Shown: positions 1 to 11,837 of the stretch, piece by piece
How the letters are laid out: each line of letters opens with the position of its first letter
Numbering within the stretch: the first letter of the stretch is position 1
NCBI RefSeq assembly: GCF_004010195.1
Contig: NC_057719.1
Location: 12,340,207 to 12,401,610 of the forward strand
DNA from: Chiloscyllium plagiosum
Lineage: Eukaryota
Reading direction: 5' to 3'
Length of the DNA: 61,404 bases
Notes under the pieces: generated by a model
Databases searched by the model: none
Seen by the model: only the letters and a program-made list of their open reading frames with translations
Told to the model about the DNA's origin: nothing
Translations under genes and position numbers: made by a program

Positions 1-200
1 TGTCAGGGGTAGGTTCTTTACCCAGAGAGTGGTGGGGGCATGGAATGCTCTGCCTGTGGGAGTGGCAGAGTCAGAATCATTGGCGACCTTTAAGCGGCAA
101 TTGGATAGGTACATGGATGGGTGCTTAAGTTAGGACAAATGTTCGGCACAACATAATGGGCGGAAGGGCCTGTTCTGTGCTGTATTGTTCTGTGTTCTGT
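1..200 (+). mobile_element. CR1 LINE 3' end
   Basis: FFTQRVVGAWNALP motif and cctgttctgtgctgtattgttct tail. Confidence 0.75.
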
Positions 201-1374
201 AATGATACAAGTAGCAGGATTTTGGTTGAACTGGCATTTATGGAGGGTGAAAAGAGGGTCAGACAGCACAGTGGTGGATTGTTCACATCTCGAGACAGCA
301 GGGGGCTTGTACCAATTAATGAAACTGTTGCAACTCTGCAACATTGAATTCATATTTTATGACAGGAACACACAATGTCAGTTGATATTGCTGGAGTGCA
401 ATGATTTAGGCAAGATCCCTCCGACCTGGTGTGAATAAACCCATGTGTGAAATGAAAGAAGCTGAACAGTCTAGTCAGCATCTCTTTCAAGGAGATGCAG
501 AAGAACTGCCCATTTACTTCATTTTATTGTATAACAATGGTTGCCACCTTTGCCTATATTCTATGGATACTCTGCCTGAAGGCATATCCTTCATTCATTA
601 TGGCTAATTCTCTGACTGGAGACATTTTCTGTCCACAGTGTTGCATTGCCTACTAATCTCAGAGATTGGGGTGAGGAGGCAAGTCTCAAATTTCTCTCAA
701 CAGAACCAGCATCACAGCTGCCCTACTGATTGCTACACGTGACAATAAATCAATCAATCAAAGTACAGTGTAAAGCTTTGCTTACGAGCAGAACAGGCAG
801 ATCATAGTAAGCAAGGATGTACAGATCAGAAATTGTTAAAAATACTTAGAGGCATACATTGCACAGGGTGTGTGCTAGATGAGATCAACTCGAGCAAGAT
901 CAGCATTACTTTGAACCGCAACTAAACTCCAAAACAAATGTGAGCGTTGCTGGATGCAAGATTTTTTTTATATGACTCAATTAATTTATTCATCCCTTTA
1001 GCAATCTACTCAACTTCAGAATTGGTTATCTCCACCACAGCAATCAAGACAATACCAAAGATCAACTAAAAGCAGCACAATAAGACGCAGGACATAAAAG
1101 GACCAAATAGTGACAATTTATTAAGGTTCAGGTGCTCGGCTAAGTACATGTGTACGTATTTCAGTCCCTGTCATGTTGGGAATGGTATAATGGTTTATAG
1201 TTGAGAGAGAAATTTAAAATTGAACATACCAGGCCAACCACTGTCCATCATCTGTTGAATTTGTTGGCCTGTTTTTGTTACTACATAATTGTTACATAAT
1301 TATGTAACTTAAACCTTTTTACTTAGTCTGTAAGAAAGATTTCAATGCACTCACAGTTTCTTGAACAAAATACA

Positions 1375-1855
1375 GAGTGCAGAAAAGATTTATAAAGATG
1401 TTACTGGGACTGGAGGGTTTGAGTTACAAGGAAAGGTTGGGTAGGCTGGAATTTTTTTCACTGGAGCATAGGAATTTGAGGGGTGACCTTGTAGTGGTAT
1501 ATAAAATCGTGAGGGGTACAGTTAAGGTGAATAGCCATAGTCTTCTTTTCCTAGGGTAGAGGAGTTCAAAATTAAAAGGCGCAATTTTAAGGTGAGAAGA
1601 GAAAGATTTTAAAGGGACCGGAGGTGCAACTTTTCCCACAGAGGGTGATTCACATGTGGAACGAATTGACAGAGAAAGTGGCAGATGCAGGTACAGTTAC
1701 TACATTAAAAAAAATACTTGGACAGATACATGGATGAGAAAGTTTTCCAGAGAACTGGGCCAAACCGAGGCAAATGGGACTAGTATAGTTTGGAAAACTT
1801 GGTCAGCATGGACAAGTTGGACTGAAAGGTTTGTTTCCATGCGATAAGACTCTCT
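1375..1855 (+). mobile_element. CR1 LINE 3' fragment
   Basis: QKRFIKMLLGLEGLSYKERL...LRGDL. Confidence 0.8.
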
Positions 1856-2235
1856 AGCCTGGCTCATTTTTGCTAAACCAGTCAGACCGCACAAACTTTG
1901 GAGTCAGAGACGTACAGCATGGAAACAGACCCTTCGGTCCAACTTGTCCATGCCGACCAGATATCCCAACCCAATCTAGTCCCACCTGCCAGCACCCAGC
2001 CCATATCCCTCCAAACCCTTCCTATTTGTATACCGATCCAGATGCCTCTTAAATGTTGCAATTGTATCAGCCTCCACCACTTCCTCCACCAGCTCATTCC
2101 ATACACGTACCATCCTCTGAGTGAAAAAGTTGCCCTTTAGGTCTCATATCTTTCCCCTCTCACCTTAATCCTATGCCCTCTAGTTCTGGACTCCCAGACA
2201 CAGGGAAAAGAACTTGCCTATTGACTCTATCCATG

Positions 2236-2684
2236 ATTCGGAGATGCCGGTGTTGGACTGGGGTGTACAAAGTTAAAAATCACACAATGCCAGGTTATAG
2301 TCCAACAGGTTTAATTGGAAGCACACTAGCTTTCGGAGCGATGCTCCTTCATCAGGTGATTGTGGAGGGCTCGATCGTAACACAGAATTTATAGCATAAA
2401 TTTGCAGTGTGATGTAACTGAAATTATACATTGAAGAATTGATTGTCTGTTAAGCCTTTCATCTGTTAGAATACAGTATTCTAACAGATGAAAGGCTTAA
2501 CAGACAATCAATTCTTCAATGTATAATTTCAGTTACATCACACTGCAAATTTATGCTATAAATTCTGTTACGATCGAGCCCTCCACAATCACCTGATGAA
2601 GGAGCATCGCTCCGAAAGCTAGTGTGCTTCCAATTAAACCTGTTGGACTATAACCTGGCGTTGTGTGATTTTTAACTTTGTATC
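2236..2684. mobile_element. Fold-back Penelope-like terminal-repeat insertion (inverted arms 2266-2474 / 2476-2682, extra ~30 nt tail on left)
   Basis: Near-perfect palindrome centred on A2475; CTATCCATG duplicated at 2227-2235 and 2685-2693; interrupts a minus-strand CR1 3' fragment. Confidence 0.85.
2590..2624 (+). ncRNA. Minimal type I hammerhead ribozyme motif (PLE family A); mirror copy on minus strand at 2324-2358
   Basis: CAC-CUGAUGA-A-GGAGC(AUC)GCUCC-GAA-AGCU-A^GUG: intact core, 5-bp stem II, 3-bp stem I, palindromic AGCU replacing stem III. Confidence 0.75.
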
Positions 2685-2929
2685 CTATCCATGCCTCTCA
2701 TAATTTTGTAAACCTCTATAAAGGTCACCCCTCAGCCTCCGACGCTGCAGGGAAAACAGCACTAGCCTGTTCTGCCTCTCCCTGTAGCTCAGATCCACCA
2801 ACCCTGAATTTATAAACTAACATGGAGTAACCGAAGTATTTGAAGGCATGTGGAGATATGGGGAGGGCAGGACAAGAAGAAATATTAGAGATGTCAGATT
2901 TATAGGATGCAGATAAAGTAGTCATAAAC

Positions 2930-5900
2930 AGGCAGTACTGAACCTGGTTATAATCTTCAAGTTTTCATTTTGTATTTTGATAGCTTTATGAATTTTATTA
3001 ACGCAATGAGGACCGGGGTGTTAAAACAAAAGTGGGTAGCTGAACGCCAACAAAGTTATTCAACATCGTGGAGGCGGGGTGCCTGCTCTAATCCATGCTA
3101 CGAAAGAGACCGACAGCTGTTGAGCCAGCCATGACACACTACAGTCAAGTGCTGTGAACAAAACATCCAATAGACAAGGGCCCGGAAGGCGGGAACTCAA
3201 CTGCTCCCGAATTTGGTTTTTCTTTTCTGTAACGTTCAAAACGTGGTTTCAAACAGTTTCAGAGTACCTCCAGGGAACATCACCCAAACCGCGCAATCCA
3301 AGTCCCACCCGATATGAAGAAAAGGACGTGAGAATCAAAACAGCTCGAAAACAAAGATTAACTCAAAAACATAAACAAGGCTAAATAATAAAGTTCTAGA
3401 TCATCCCCACCCACTTCTCCCGAATTACTCACGATTTTTAAAAAGCAAATTAGGACATATTTAAATTCGAGCATATTTTAACCGATAGAGTCCATTTATT
3501 TTTGGAAAAACAGCACAATGACTGCTGAATTACATTATTATCCATAAAGAATATGTATTGCACAAATACTAATTAAATGCAAGTTTATGTAACCATTTAA
3601 CTGTACACTATTGCAATAGCACGTCAAAAAAACCCAGCAAAAGTGCACACTTTAATGCAATCTAAGACTACAAAGTTACATTAACTAATCTCTTGTTAAG
3701 ACAGCACCAGAAAATATATTTCGTCAAAACAGCTTATACAAGCACCCAAATATTAGGCTTAACGCATAGCAATAGTTTCAACTCCATGCTAGGATTTTCA
3801 AAATATAAAACGGTGAGCTCTGAAGCATGATCATTAATAGAATTAAAATATATTAATTTTCTTGCATATGACAAATGCATTTAAAATATTAGGATTGATT
3901 GTACACAGGCGGGTCTCAAACAAGCCTGTTTTTTTAAATCAAAGGGAGGATTAAATTATTACAATAGAATAAATATCTTGCAATTAAAGTGAATCAACAC
4001 TGCAATTAGTAAGTCCAAGTACGTGTACAAGACTCGTGTTTTTGAGTGCATTTACCTCCTTCCAAAAACAAACGATAGTGAAGGCGAAAGACACTCCCCT
4101 AAACGTGTCGAATGCCAAAATACAGGCCCCAATTCCTCCTTCAAAACCCCACGTCCGTTAGAAAAAGCTGTGTTCCACTTACCAAATGATTATAAATCCC
4201 TCCTCGAGATTCTCCTGAGCTGAACTGTAAATTTATCCAAGATGAGGAAGATAAATAAAAAGAGCTCAAGTGTAGGAAGGCTCTTTCTTTGGTCTTCACT
4301 AAGAAGTGCTCACTTAGCAACAGTTGTCCCAATAATGATACAATAAACACTATATATATGTATGATTTCTTCTGTCGTGTCCCGCGTGCTTTTTATCTCT
4401 CCTCTCGCTCCCCTCCTCGCTTACAAAGCTGGAGGTGAAAATAAATTAATCTTCATGTGCACAAACTTAAAAGAGGATGGTTGGTTTCTCTCGTTTAATC
4501 TCCCACTGAATCAGAAAGCTTTGAAAAATGCAGCAGAATGATTTATTATTTTTTTCCAATTAAAAAAAGGTAAGCTATCAGCTAGAGTAAATGTGGGAAC
4601 CTTTACGCTGCTGCTCGTCTTTTCCCTCACACAAAAAAATCTAACAACCGGTTGCAACCAGTTCTTACTGGGAGATTCCATCTTCATGTAGACATCCGGG
4701 AAAAGACGGAAACACACGAACAGCCACCGAAACCTTCCCCCTTTCAGCCTGTTCATTTTAAGGAATAAAATTCTACCTACTTTTTAAATCAACGTTTGGA
4801 TGATTCATTGATTTTCTTTATCTCTTTCTCCCACCCCCGAATGTGATCTCAGTTATATTTGGAGGGTTTTTTCTACATCTCCTGCCATGTGAAAATACAT
4901 GAATTGCACCTCTTGTAATACGAATGTTTTTTTTTAAATTAAATAAATGGACTGCAATCTTCATCTATTTGCACTTGGACACGACCGATTCTGAGGTGAC
5001 GGGAGTTAATTTGTTATTTTTCAGTCACAGGTTTTAGTTACATTTTTACCGCGCTGCTGGCGGATACATTGTAACAAACGCCGCAGAATTATCAATGCCA
5101 TAGATACAGGCTGCGTTTTTCCAGGTCATTCTTGCTTTGGGGCAATTGCTTGGCTATATTTAATATACGGTACATATATGTATATCTGGATTGTTCCAGT
5201 TCCATATCGCTTGTTCCACCCGCAGAATCTATATAAGGTAATCACCAATCACGCACCCCCAACTCTCTTCGAATCTTACTCATGAATGGGAACTCACGTC
5301 ACGAATCATAAAATCATTTTATAATGTAACGCCTTTTTTGTAAGGGACTGGGTGAGGGATTTGACCCAATGCAAGCCTTTCTCCCTTTTTTTTTCTTATT
5401 TGCTTATTACCCTCTTCCCAAGCATGTATTTACGATTAGTCGGAAGTTTGTGCAGAGCGCGACATGAACGCAGTTCTCTTGCTTCCTTCTCGCATACTGC
5501 AGTGAAAAAGGAGGGTTTGGCGTGGCTATTTTGTGTGGATGTGACTGGATATTGCCCGAACAACACGCGAGGCACGTCCCCCTCCCCTCCCCTCCCGTCC
5601 CCGAAGATACCAACCGTCCGGGATTGTTCTGGGGTGTCTAGGAATTAGGGATTGATCTCCTGCTGACTGTTGCGAACAAACATATAAGTCGAGAACCAAA
5701 ATGTGTGTGTGTTTTCCCATTTTCCTTAGAATTGTTTTGTTCATTCGTTACAAAAATATCAGAGATGACTGGGTGGGGTTGTTGAGGTCAGCAAGAAGTA
5801 AGCACTGCAGACGCCCTCTCATCGCATGTTGTAGACCTTGGGTGAAAATATTGCTTTAAAACTAACTCCAGTTTTTACCATTTTGAGTATTCAGTTTCTT

Positions 5901-6220
5901 TTAAAACAATTTGTTGCTGTACCACTGAATTTTTTAAACGCACGTAGTCAAGAACAATGTTTTCTTTATGTATACAGCAAAGCTACCCCTCAGTGGAAAT
6001 TAAATCAGATCTAACTGCAAATTCAATTTTATATAGAATATATTTTGTACTTAATCCATGGCGTTCTGATGTTGATTTTTGTGTTTTCAATTATAATCAA
6101 AATTAGCTAGCCAATGAGATTTTCTTCCCAATTAGAATGTTGAAGGTCTGTCACCTGTGGGAAAGAAACACATTTTGGTGCCATTTTTTAAAAAAAGCTT
6201 GCCCTCTGCTCCTTGAACTT
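2930..6220 (-). promoter_or_regulatory. TE-free CpG-richer island: probable promoter/5' non-coding exon of an unidentified minus-strand gene
   Basis: No recognisable repeats over ~3.3 kb; many CpGs; CArG/TATA-like CTATATAAGG 5229-5238, CCAAT 5245-5249, CRE-like TCACGTCA 5294-5301; minus-strand TTG|GTAAGT donor at 4182-4177. Confidence 0.5.
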
Positions 6221-6224
6221 GTGC

Positions 6225-6500
6225 CAATTTTAGCTCAGTGGGTTGCACTCGTGCCTCTGAGTCACAAACTTGTGGGTTCAAGTTCCATTTCAGGGACCTG
6301 AGTCTAAATTCTTGGCTGACATTCCAGTACCAGAATTGAGAGAATGCTGCACAGTTTGAGTTGCTTGACGGCTTAAACCAATGTCTTATTTGCACTCTCT
6401 GGTGAACATGAAAGCACAGTGACAGATTTTCCTAGAAAGTTCAGGAAGGATCTCCCCGGTTTCCTGAGCAACATTATTTGCCAACTAAACCTAAAAACAG
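6225..6500 (+). mobile_element. DeuSINE-like (SacSINE1-like) element, diverged; related minus-strand copies at ~31210-31470, ~34740-35060, ~46050-46310
   Basis: tRNA-like head (tagctcagtggg, gggttcaagttcc) followed by Deu-domain-like gaatgctgcac...ttaaacc...ctggtgaacatgaaag. Confidence 0.55.
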
Positions 6501-6705
6501 ATTAAATGAAAACAGAAAGTGCTGGAGAAAGAAGGCTACATACAAAGACAGCAGCAGATCTAGGGCTAAAATGTGAATGTGGGAACAAGGTGGTATTTTC
6601 AAGAGAGAACTACAACGTCAGGGATAACCAATGCAATTATTGGAGGACCAGTCTTCATTTACCATTTAGGGACTTTCATAGCTTTCTAGATTCAACATTA
6701 AGTTC

Positions 6706-7360
6706 AGGATAGTGAAGAAGGCATTTGGTATGCTTTCCTTTATTGGTCAGAGCATTGATTACAGGAGTTGGGAGGTCATATTGTGGCTGTACAGGACATT
6801 GGTTAGGCCAACTTTGGAATATTGCGTGCAATTCTGGTCTCCTTCCTATTGGAAAAATGTGAAACTTGAAAGGGTTGAGAAAAGATTTACAAGAATGTTG
6901 CCAGGGTTGGAGGATCTGAGCTATAGGGAGAGGCTGAACAGGCTGGGGGCTGTTTTCCCTGCAGCGTCGGAGGCTGAGGGGTGACCTTATAGAGGTTTAC
7001 AAAATTATGAGGGGCATGGATAGGATAAATAGGCAAAGTCTTTTCCCTGGGGTCGGGGAGTCCAGAACTAGAGGGTGTTGGTTTAGGGTGAGAGGGGAAA
7101 GATATAAAAGAGACCTAAGTGGCAACTTTTTCACGCAGAGGGTGGTACATGTATGGAATGAGCTGCCAGAGGATATGGTGGAGACGGGTACAATTGCAAC
7201 ATTTAAGAGGCATTTGGATGGGTATTTGAATAGGAAGGGTTTGGAGGGATATGGGCCGGGTGCTGCCAGGTGGGACTAGATTGGGTTGGGATATCTGGTC
7301 AGCATGGACGGGTTGGACCAAAGGGTCTGTTCCCATGCTGTACATCTCTATGACTCTATA
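6706..7360 (+). mobile_element. CR1 LINE 3' fragment
   Basis: ORFs 6712..6984 and 7007..7279; ctctatgactcta tail. Confidence 0.88.
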
Positions 7361-7670
7361 ACTTCAGACCATGAACTCTGTCCTCCAATTTATTTTTCTG
7401 CCCCCCCGCCCCACACACAGTGACCCAAAATATTCACTCTGATTTCTCTTCACAGGTCTGCTGAGCTTTTCCAACAGCTTCTGTTTTTTTATCTAGTGTT
7501 CTTTCTTTTGCTTTGACCTATATTCGGCTGTTAACACATATTCTGTAGGTACTGAACTCCTCTATAACCCCATTACCACCCCCTTTTTTGCCTTTTTTTC
7601 CTATGACACATAATCTCATGACTTCCTTCCCCTCGATAATCTTCCCTTGACCTTGCTTTCTGTTCCACTT

Positions 7671-8068
7671 GGCAAAAGTGGATCCTGCAGATGCCGGAGA
7701 TTAGAGTCAAGGTTAGAGTGGTGCTGAAAAAGGACAGCAGGTCAGGCAGCATCCGAGGAGCAGGAAAATCAACATTTTGGGCAAAAACCCTTCATCAGGA
7801 ATGAAGCTGGGAACCTTGGGGGTGGAGAGACAGGTCATGAGGACGGTGCTGAGCTGGAAGGTTGGGACTGTGGTAAGGTGGGGGGAGGGGAAATGAGGAA
7901 ACTAGTGAAGTCCACATTGATGCCCTGGGGTTGAAGGGTCCCGAGGTGGAAGATGAGGCATTCTTCCTCCAGGCATCGGGTAGTAAGGAAGTGGCAGTGG
8001 AGAAGGCCCAGGACCTGCATGTCCTTGGCAGAGTGGGAGGGGGAGTTCAAATGTTCGGCCACGGGGTG
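7671..8068 (-). mobile_element. Penelope-like element 3' fragment: GIY-YIG endonuclease C-terminus plus family B terminal repeat with decayed hammerhead
   Basis: ORF 7835..8062 AEHLNSPSHS...RCLEEECLIFHLGTLQPQGINVDF resembles the PLE endonuclease C-terminal signature; directly followed by cctgatgaagggtttttgcccaaaatgtt. Confidence 0.8.
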
Positions 8069-8195
8069 GGCTCCATCTTTTTCTACAGTATAAAACCCAT
8101 CACTGGTCCAATTCTCTCTTCAGTTTACAAGAGGAGTAATATTGTAATTGAAGTGTTAACTCTTTCTTCTCAGAAGCTGCAAATATGCTGAGTTT

Positions 8196-8670
8196 ATAGA
8201 GTGATAAAGTTATACAGCATGGAAACAAACCCTTTGATCCAACTCATCCATACCAACCAGATATCCTAAATTAATCTAGTCCCATTTGCCAGCATTTGGC
8301 ACACAAACCTGTAAACTCTTCCTATTCATATACCCATCCAGATGCCTTTTAAATGTTGTCATTGTACCAGCCTCCACCATTTCTCCTGGCAGCTGATTCC
8401 ACGCACGCACCACCCTCTGCGTGAGAAAGTTGCCCCTTAGGTACCTTTTAAGTCTTTCCCCTCTAACCTTAAACCTATGCTGTCTAGTTTTGGACTCCTC
8501 CACCCTGTGGAAAATACCTTCACTATTCACCCTATCCATTCCCCTAATGCTTTCATAAACCTCTACATGGTCACCCCTCAACCTGCGATGCTCCATGGAA
8601 AATAGACTCAGCTTTTTCAGCCTCTTCCTATAGCCCAAAACCTCCAATCCCGGCAACATTCTTGTAAATC
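8196..8670 (-). mobile_element. CR1 LINE 3' fragment
   Basis: ORF 8276..8659. Confidence 0.85.
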
Positions 8671-9239
8671 GATTTTCTTCATCACTTTCTGTTTTTCTGT
8701 TAGATCACCAACATCTGCAGTGTTTTGCTTTTGCTCACAACAGGTGATCAAGTAATTATTCCACCAATAAATGTGAGGCTTTGCTGTGTGAAAACCAGCT
8801 GTCGTGGTTCATACTTTACTGAAGTTACTACACTCCATTGGATATACGTGCTTTGGGCTCTCCTCAAGTTAAGAATGGTGCTATGTTAAATGCAAGCATT
8901 TGTTTTTATCCTGTTGACTTAGCTCATGAATTGATTGCATATATCTCCTTAATTCACTGGTCAGATCTTGAGTATAGGGGTTGGGACGTCATGTTGAGGT
9001 TGTCTCGGACGTTGGTGAGGTCTCTTCTGGAGTACTGTGTTCAGTTCCGGTTGCTCTACCCTAAGAATGATATTTACAAGGATGTTGCCAGGAATGGACT
9101 GGAAAGACATTTGGATAAGTTCATGAATGGGCCAAGTTTTGGCAGGTGGGACTAGTATAGATTTGGAACGTGGTCGGCATGGACTGGTTGGACTGAAGCA
9201 TCTGTTTCCATGATGTATTACTGCATGACTCTATAAAGC

Positions 9240-9321
9240 CTCCTCTAAATCACAAAAAAATTCAGCAGGTAATAGGAAAAACAAATGGAACGTTAGCCTT
9301 TATTTTGAGGGGAATGGAATA
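9240..9321 (+). mobile_element. Old CR1 fragment, left half (continues at 19092-~19700 after the DNA transposon)
   Basis: Joining across the TA gives GMEYKKRQVLLKLYKALVKPHL, a CR1 ORF2 C-terminal motif. Confidence 0.8.
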
Positions 9322-9667
9322 CCGTATATAATCATGTATAGGTCGAGTTTTGCAGACCATTTTCAAGCTGAAATTAGGGGGTCAGCTTATACACGAGATA
9401 TTATTTTCGAGGGGATGAAAATTCATGCTTGATGTGAGTCAAAAATGGACAAACAAGACCCAGATTTCTAGATAAAATAATAAAGAACAAAAGGAAAAAG
9501 AATTATGGCCATTGTTGAATATTTATCTACAAAAGAACTGTCTTAATTCTGCCTATTATGGTAGAACGGTACTGTCATACCATATGTCAGTTAGCAATAC
9601 CGTAAAGTACACATAGGCCTACATATATGTACAAAAGTTGTTAGGCATACCAACAAGTGGTCAGTCC

Positions 9668-11346
9668 ATAGAGTCATAGAGTTGTACAGCATGGAAACCA
9701 ACCCTTTGGTCCAACCCGTCAATGCTGACCAGATATCCCAACCCAATCTAGTCCCACCTGCCAGCACCCGGCCCATATCCCTCCAAACCCTTACTATTCA
9801 TATACCCATCCAAATGCCTCTTAAATGTTGTAATTGTACCAGCCTCCACCACATCCTCTGGCAGCTCATTCCATACACGTATCACCCTCTGCGTGAAAAA
9901 GTTGCCCCTTAGGTCTCTTTTATATCTTTCCCCTCTCACCCTAAACCTATATGCCCTATAGTTCTGGACTCCCCGACCCCAGGGAAAAAACTTTGCCTAT
10001 TTATCCTATCTATGCCCCTCATAATTTTTTTAACCTCTATAAGGTCACCCTTCAGCCTCTGACGCTCCAGGGAAAGCACCCCCAGCCTGTTCAGCCTCTC
10101 CCTATAGCTCAGATCCTCCAAAGCTGGCAACATCCTTGTAAATCGTTTCTGAACCCTTTCAAGTTTCACAACATCTTTCCGATAGGAAGGAGACCAGAAT
10201 TGCATGCAATATTCAAACAGTGGCCTAACCAATTGTCCTGTACAGCCGCAACATGACTTCCCAACTCCTGTACTCAATACTCTGACTAATAAAGGAAGGC
10301 ATACCAAACGCCTTCTTGACTATCCTATCTACCTGCAACTCCACTTTCAAGGAGCTATGAACCAGCACTCCAAGGTCTCTTTGTTCAGCAACACTCCCTA
10401 GGACCTTACCATTAAGTGTATAAGTCCTGCTAAGATTTGCTTTCCCAAAATGCAGCACCTCGCATTTATCTCATTTAAACTCCATCTGCCACTTCTCAGC
10501 CCATTGGCCCATCTGGTCCAGATCCTGTTGTAACCTGAGGTAACTCTCTTCGCTAGGAGAAAGTGGGGACTGCAGATGCTGGGGATCAGAGCTTAAAAAT
10601 GTGTTGCTGGAAAAGTGCAGCAGGTCAGGCAGCATCAAAGGAATAGGAGAATCGATGTTTCAGGCATAAGCCCTTCTTCAGGAATGAGGAGGGTGTGCCA
10701 AGCAGGCTAAGATAAAAAGTAGGGACACCTCCATTTTTGGTGTACCTCTTATGCTCGCATCCAAATCATTTATGTAAATGACAAAAAGTAGAGGGCCCAG
10801 CACTGATTCTTGTGGCACTCCACTGGCCACAGGTCTCCAGTCTGAAAAACAACCCTCCACCATCACCCTCTGTCTTCTACTTTTGAGCCAGTTCTGTATC
10901 CAAATGGCTAGTTCTCCCTGTATTCCATGAGATCTAACCTTGCTAATCAGTCTCCCTTAGGGAACCTTATCGAACACCTTACTGAAGTCCATATAGATCA
11001 CATCTACTGCTCTGCCCTCATCAATCTTCTTTGTTACTTCTTCAAAAAACTCAATCAAGTTTGTGAGACATGATTTCCCATGCATAAAGCCATGTTGACT
11101 ATCCCAAATCAGTCCTTGCCTTTCCAAATACACGTACATCCTGTCCCTCAGGATTCCCTCCAATAACTTGCCAACCACCGAGGTCAGGCTCACCGGTATA
11201 TAGTTCCCTGGCTTGTCTTTACCGCCCTTCTTAAACAGTGGCATCACATTAGCCAACCTCCAGTCTTCTGGCACCTCACCTGTGACTATCGATGATACAA
11301 ATATCTCAGCAAGAGGCCCAGCAATCACTTCTCTAGCTTCCCACAG
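9668..11346 (-). mobile_element. 5'-truncated CR1 LINE nested in the DNA transposon, interrupted by a PLE repeat at ~10556-10725
   Basis: RT/C-terminal fragments in ORFs 10957..11328, 10678..10866, 9936..10307, 9748..9939; ctctatgactctatg tail on minus strand. Confidence 0.88.
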
Positions 11347-11837
11347 GTCATGAAATAAAATCAGAGGAGCAGTAAAAACAAAAAAAGACTATTAGTATTT
11401 TATTAGAAATGACCGCATTAAACTGTTAATACAATATGATAAACACTTTCCATCAAAAAACTGATATTCACAGCAAAAAACTCTTCTCATTGGAAATCAC
11501 AAATATCATTGGATAGCTGCTTAAAACAAAAGTTACCAGTACATGGAAAGGTCCATTAGAATCCTTCAAATTCATTGTCCTCATCAGTTGTACCACTGAA
11601 TAATTCATTCCAATCGTCTGGGTCAAGCATATTGTCCTATGGATCATCTTCATCTGCACTCTCAAGGGGATCATCAATTGATTTGTCATCACTTCATTCT
11701 GACCATAAATAGTCATCCTCCATATCATCTAAAGCATTAGAAATTCCACATTTTTGTAGGCTTTCACAATAATTTCAGTTTTCAGGACTTTAACAATCCA
11801 CTTGCATACAGTTGCAAGTAATGGAGCACGCATGTTA

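Larger units (their letters stand above)
1900..2805 (-). mobile_element. CR1 LINE 3' fragment split by the PLE palindrome
   Basis: Matches reverse complement of 6910-7355 on both sides of 2236-2684. Confidence 0.8.
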
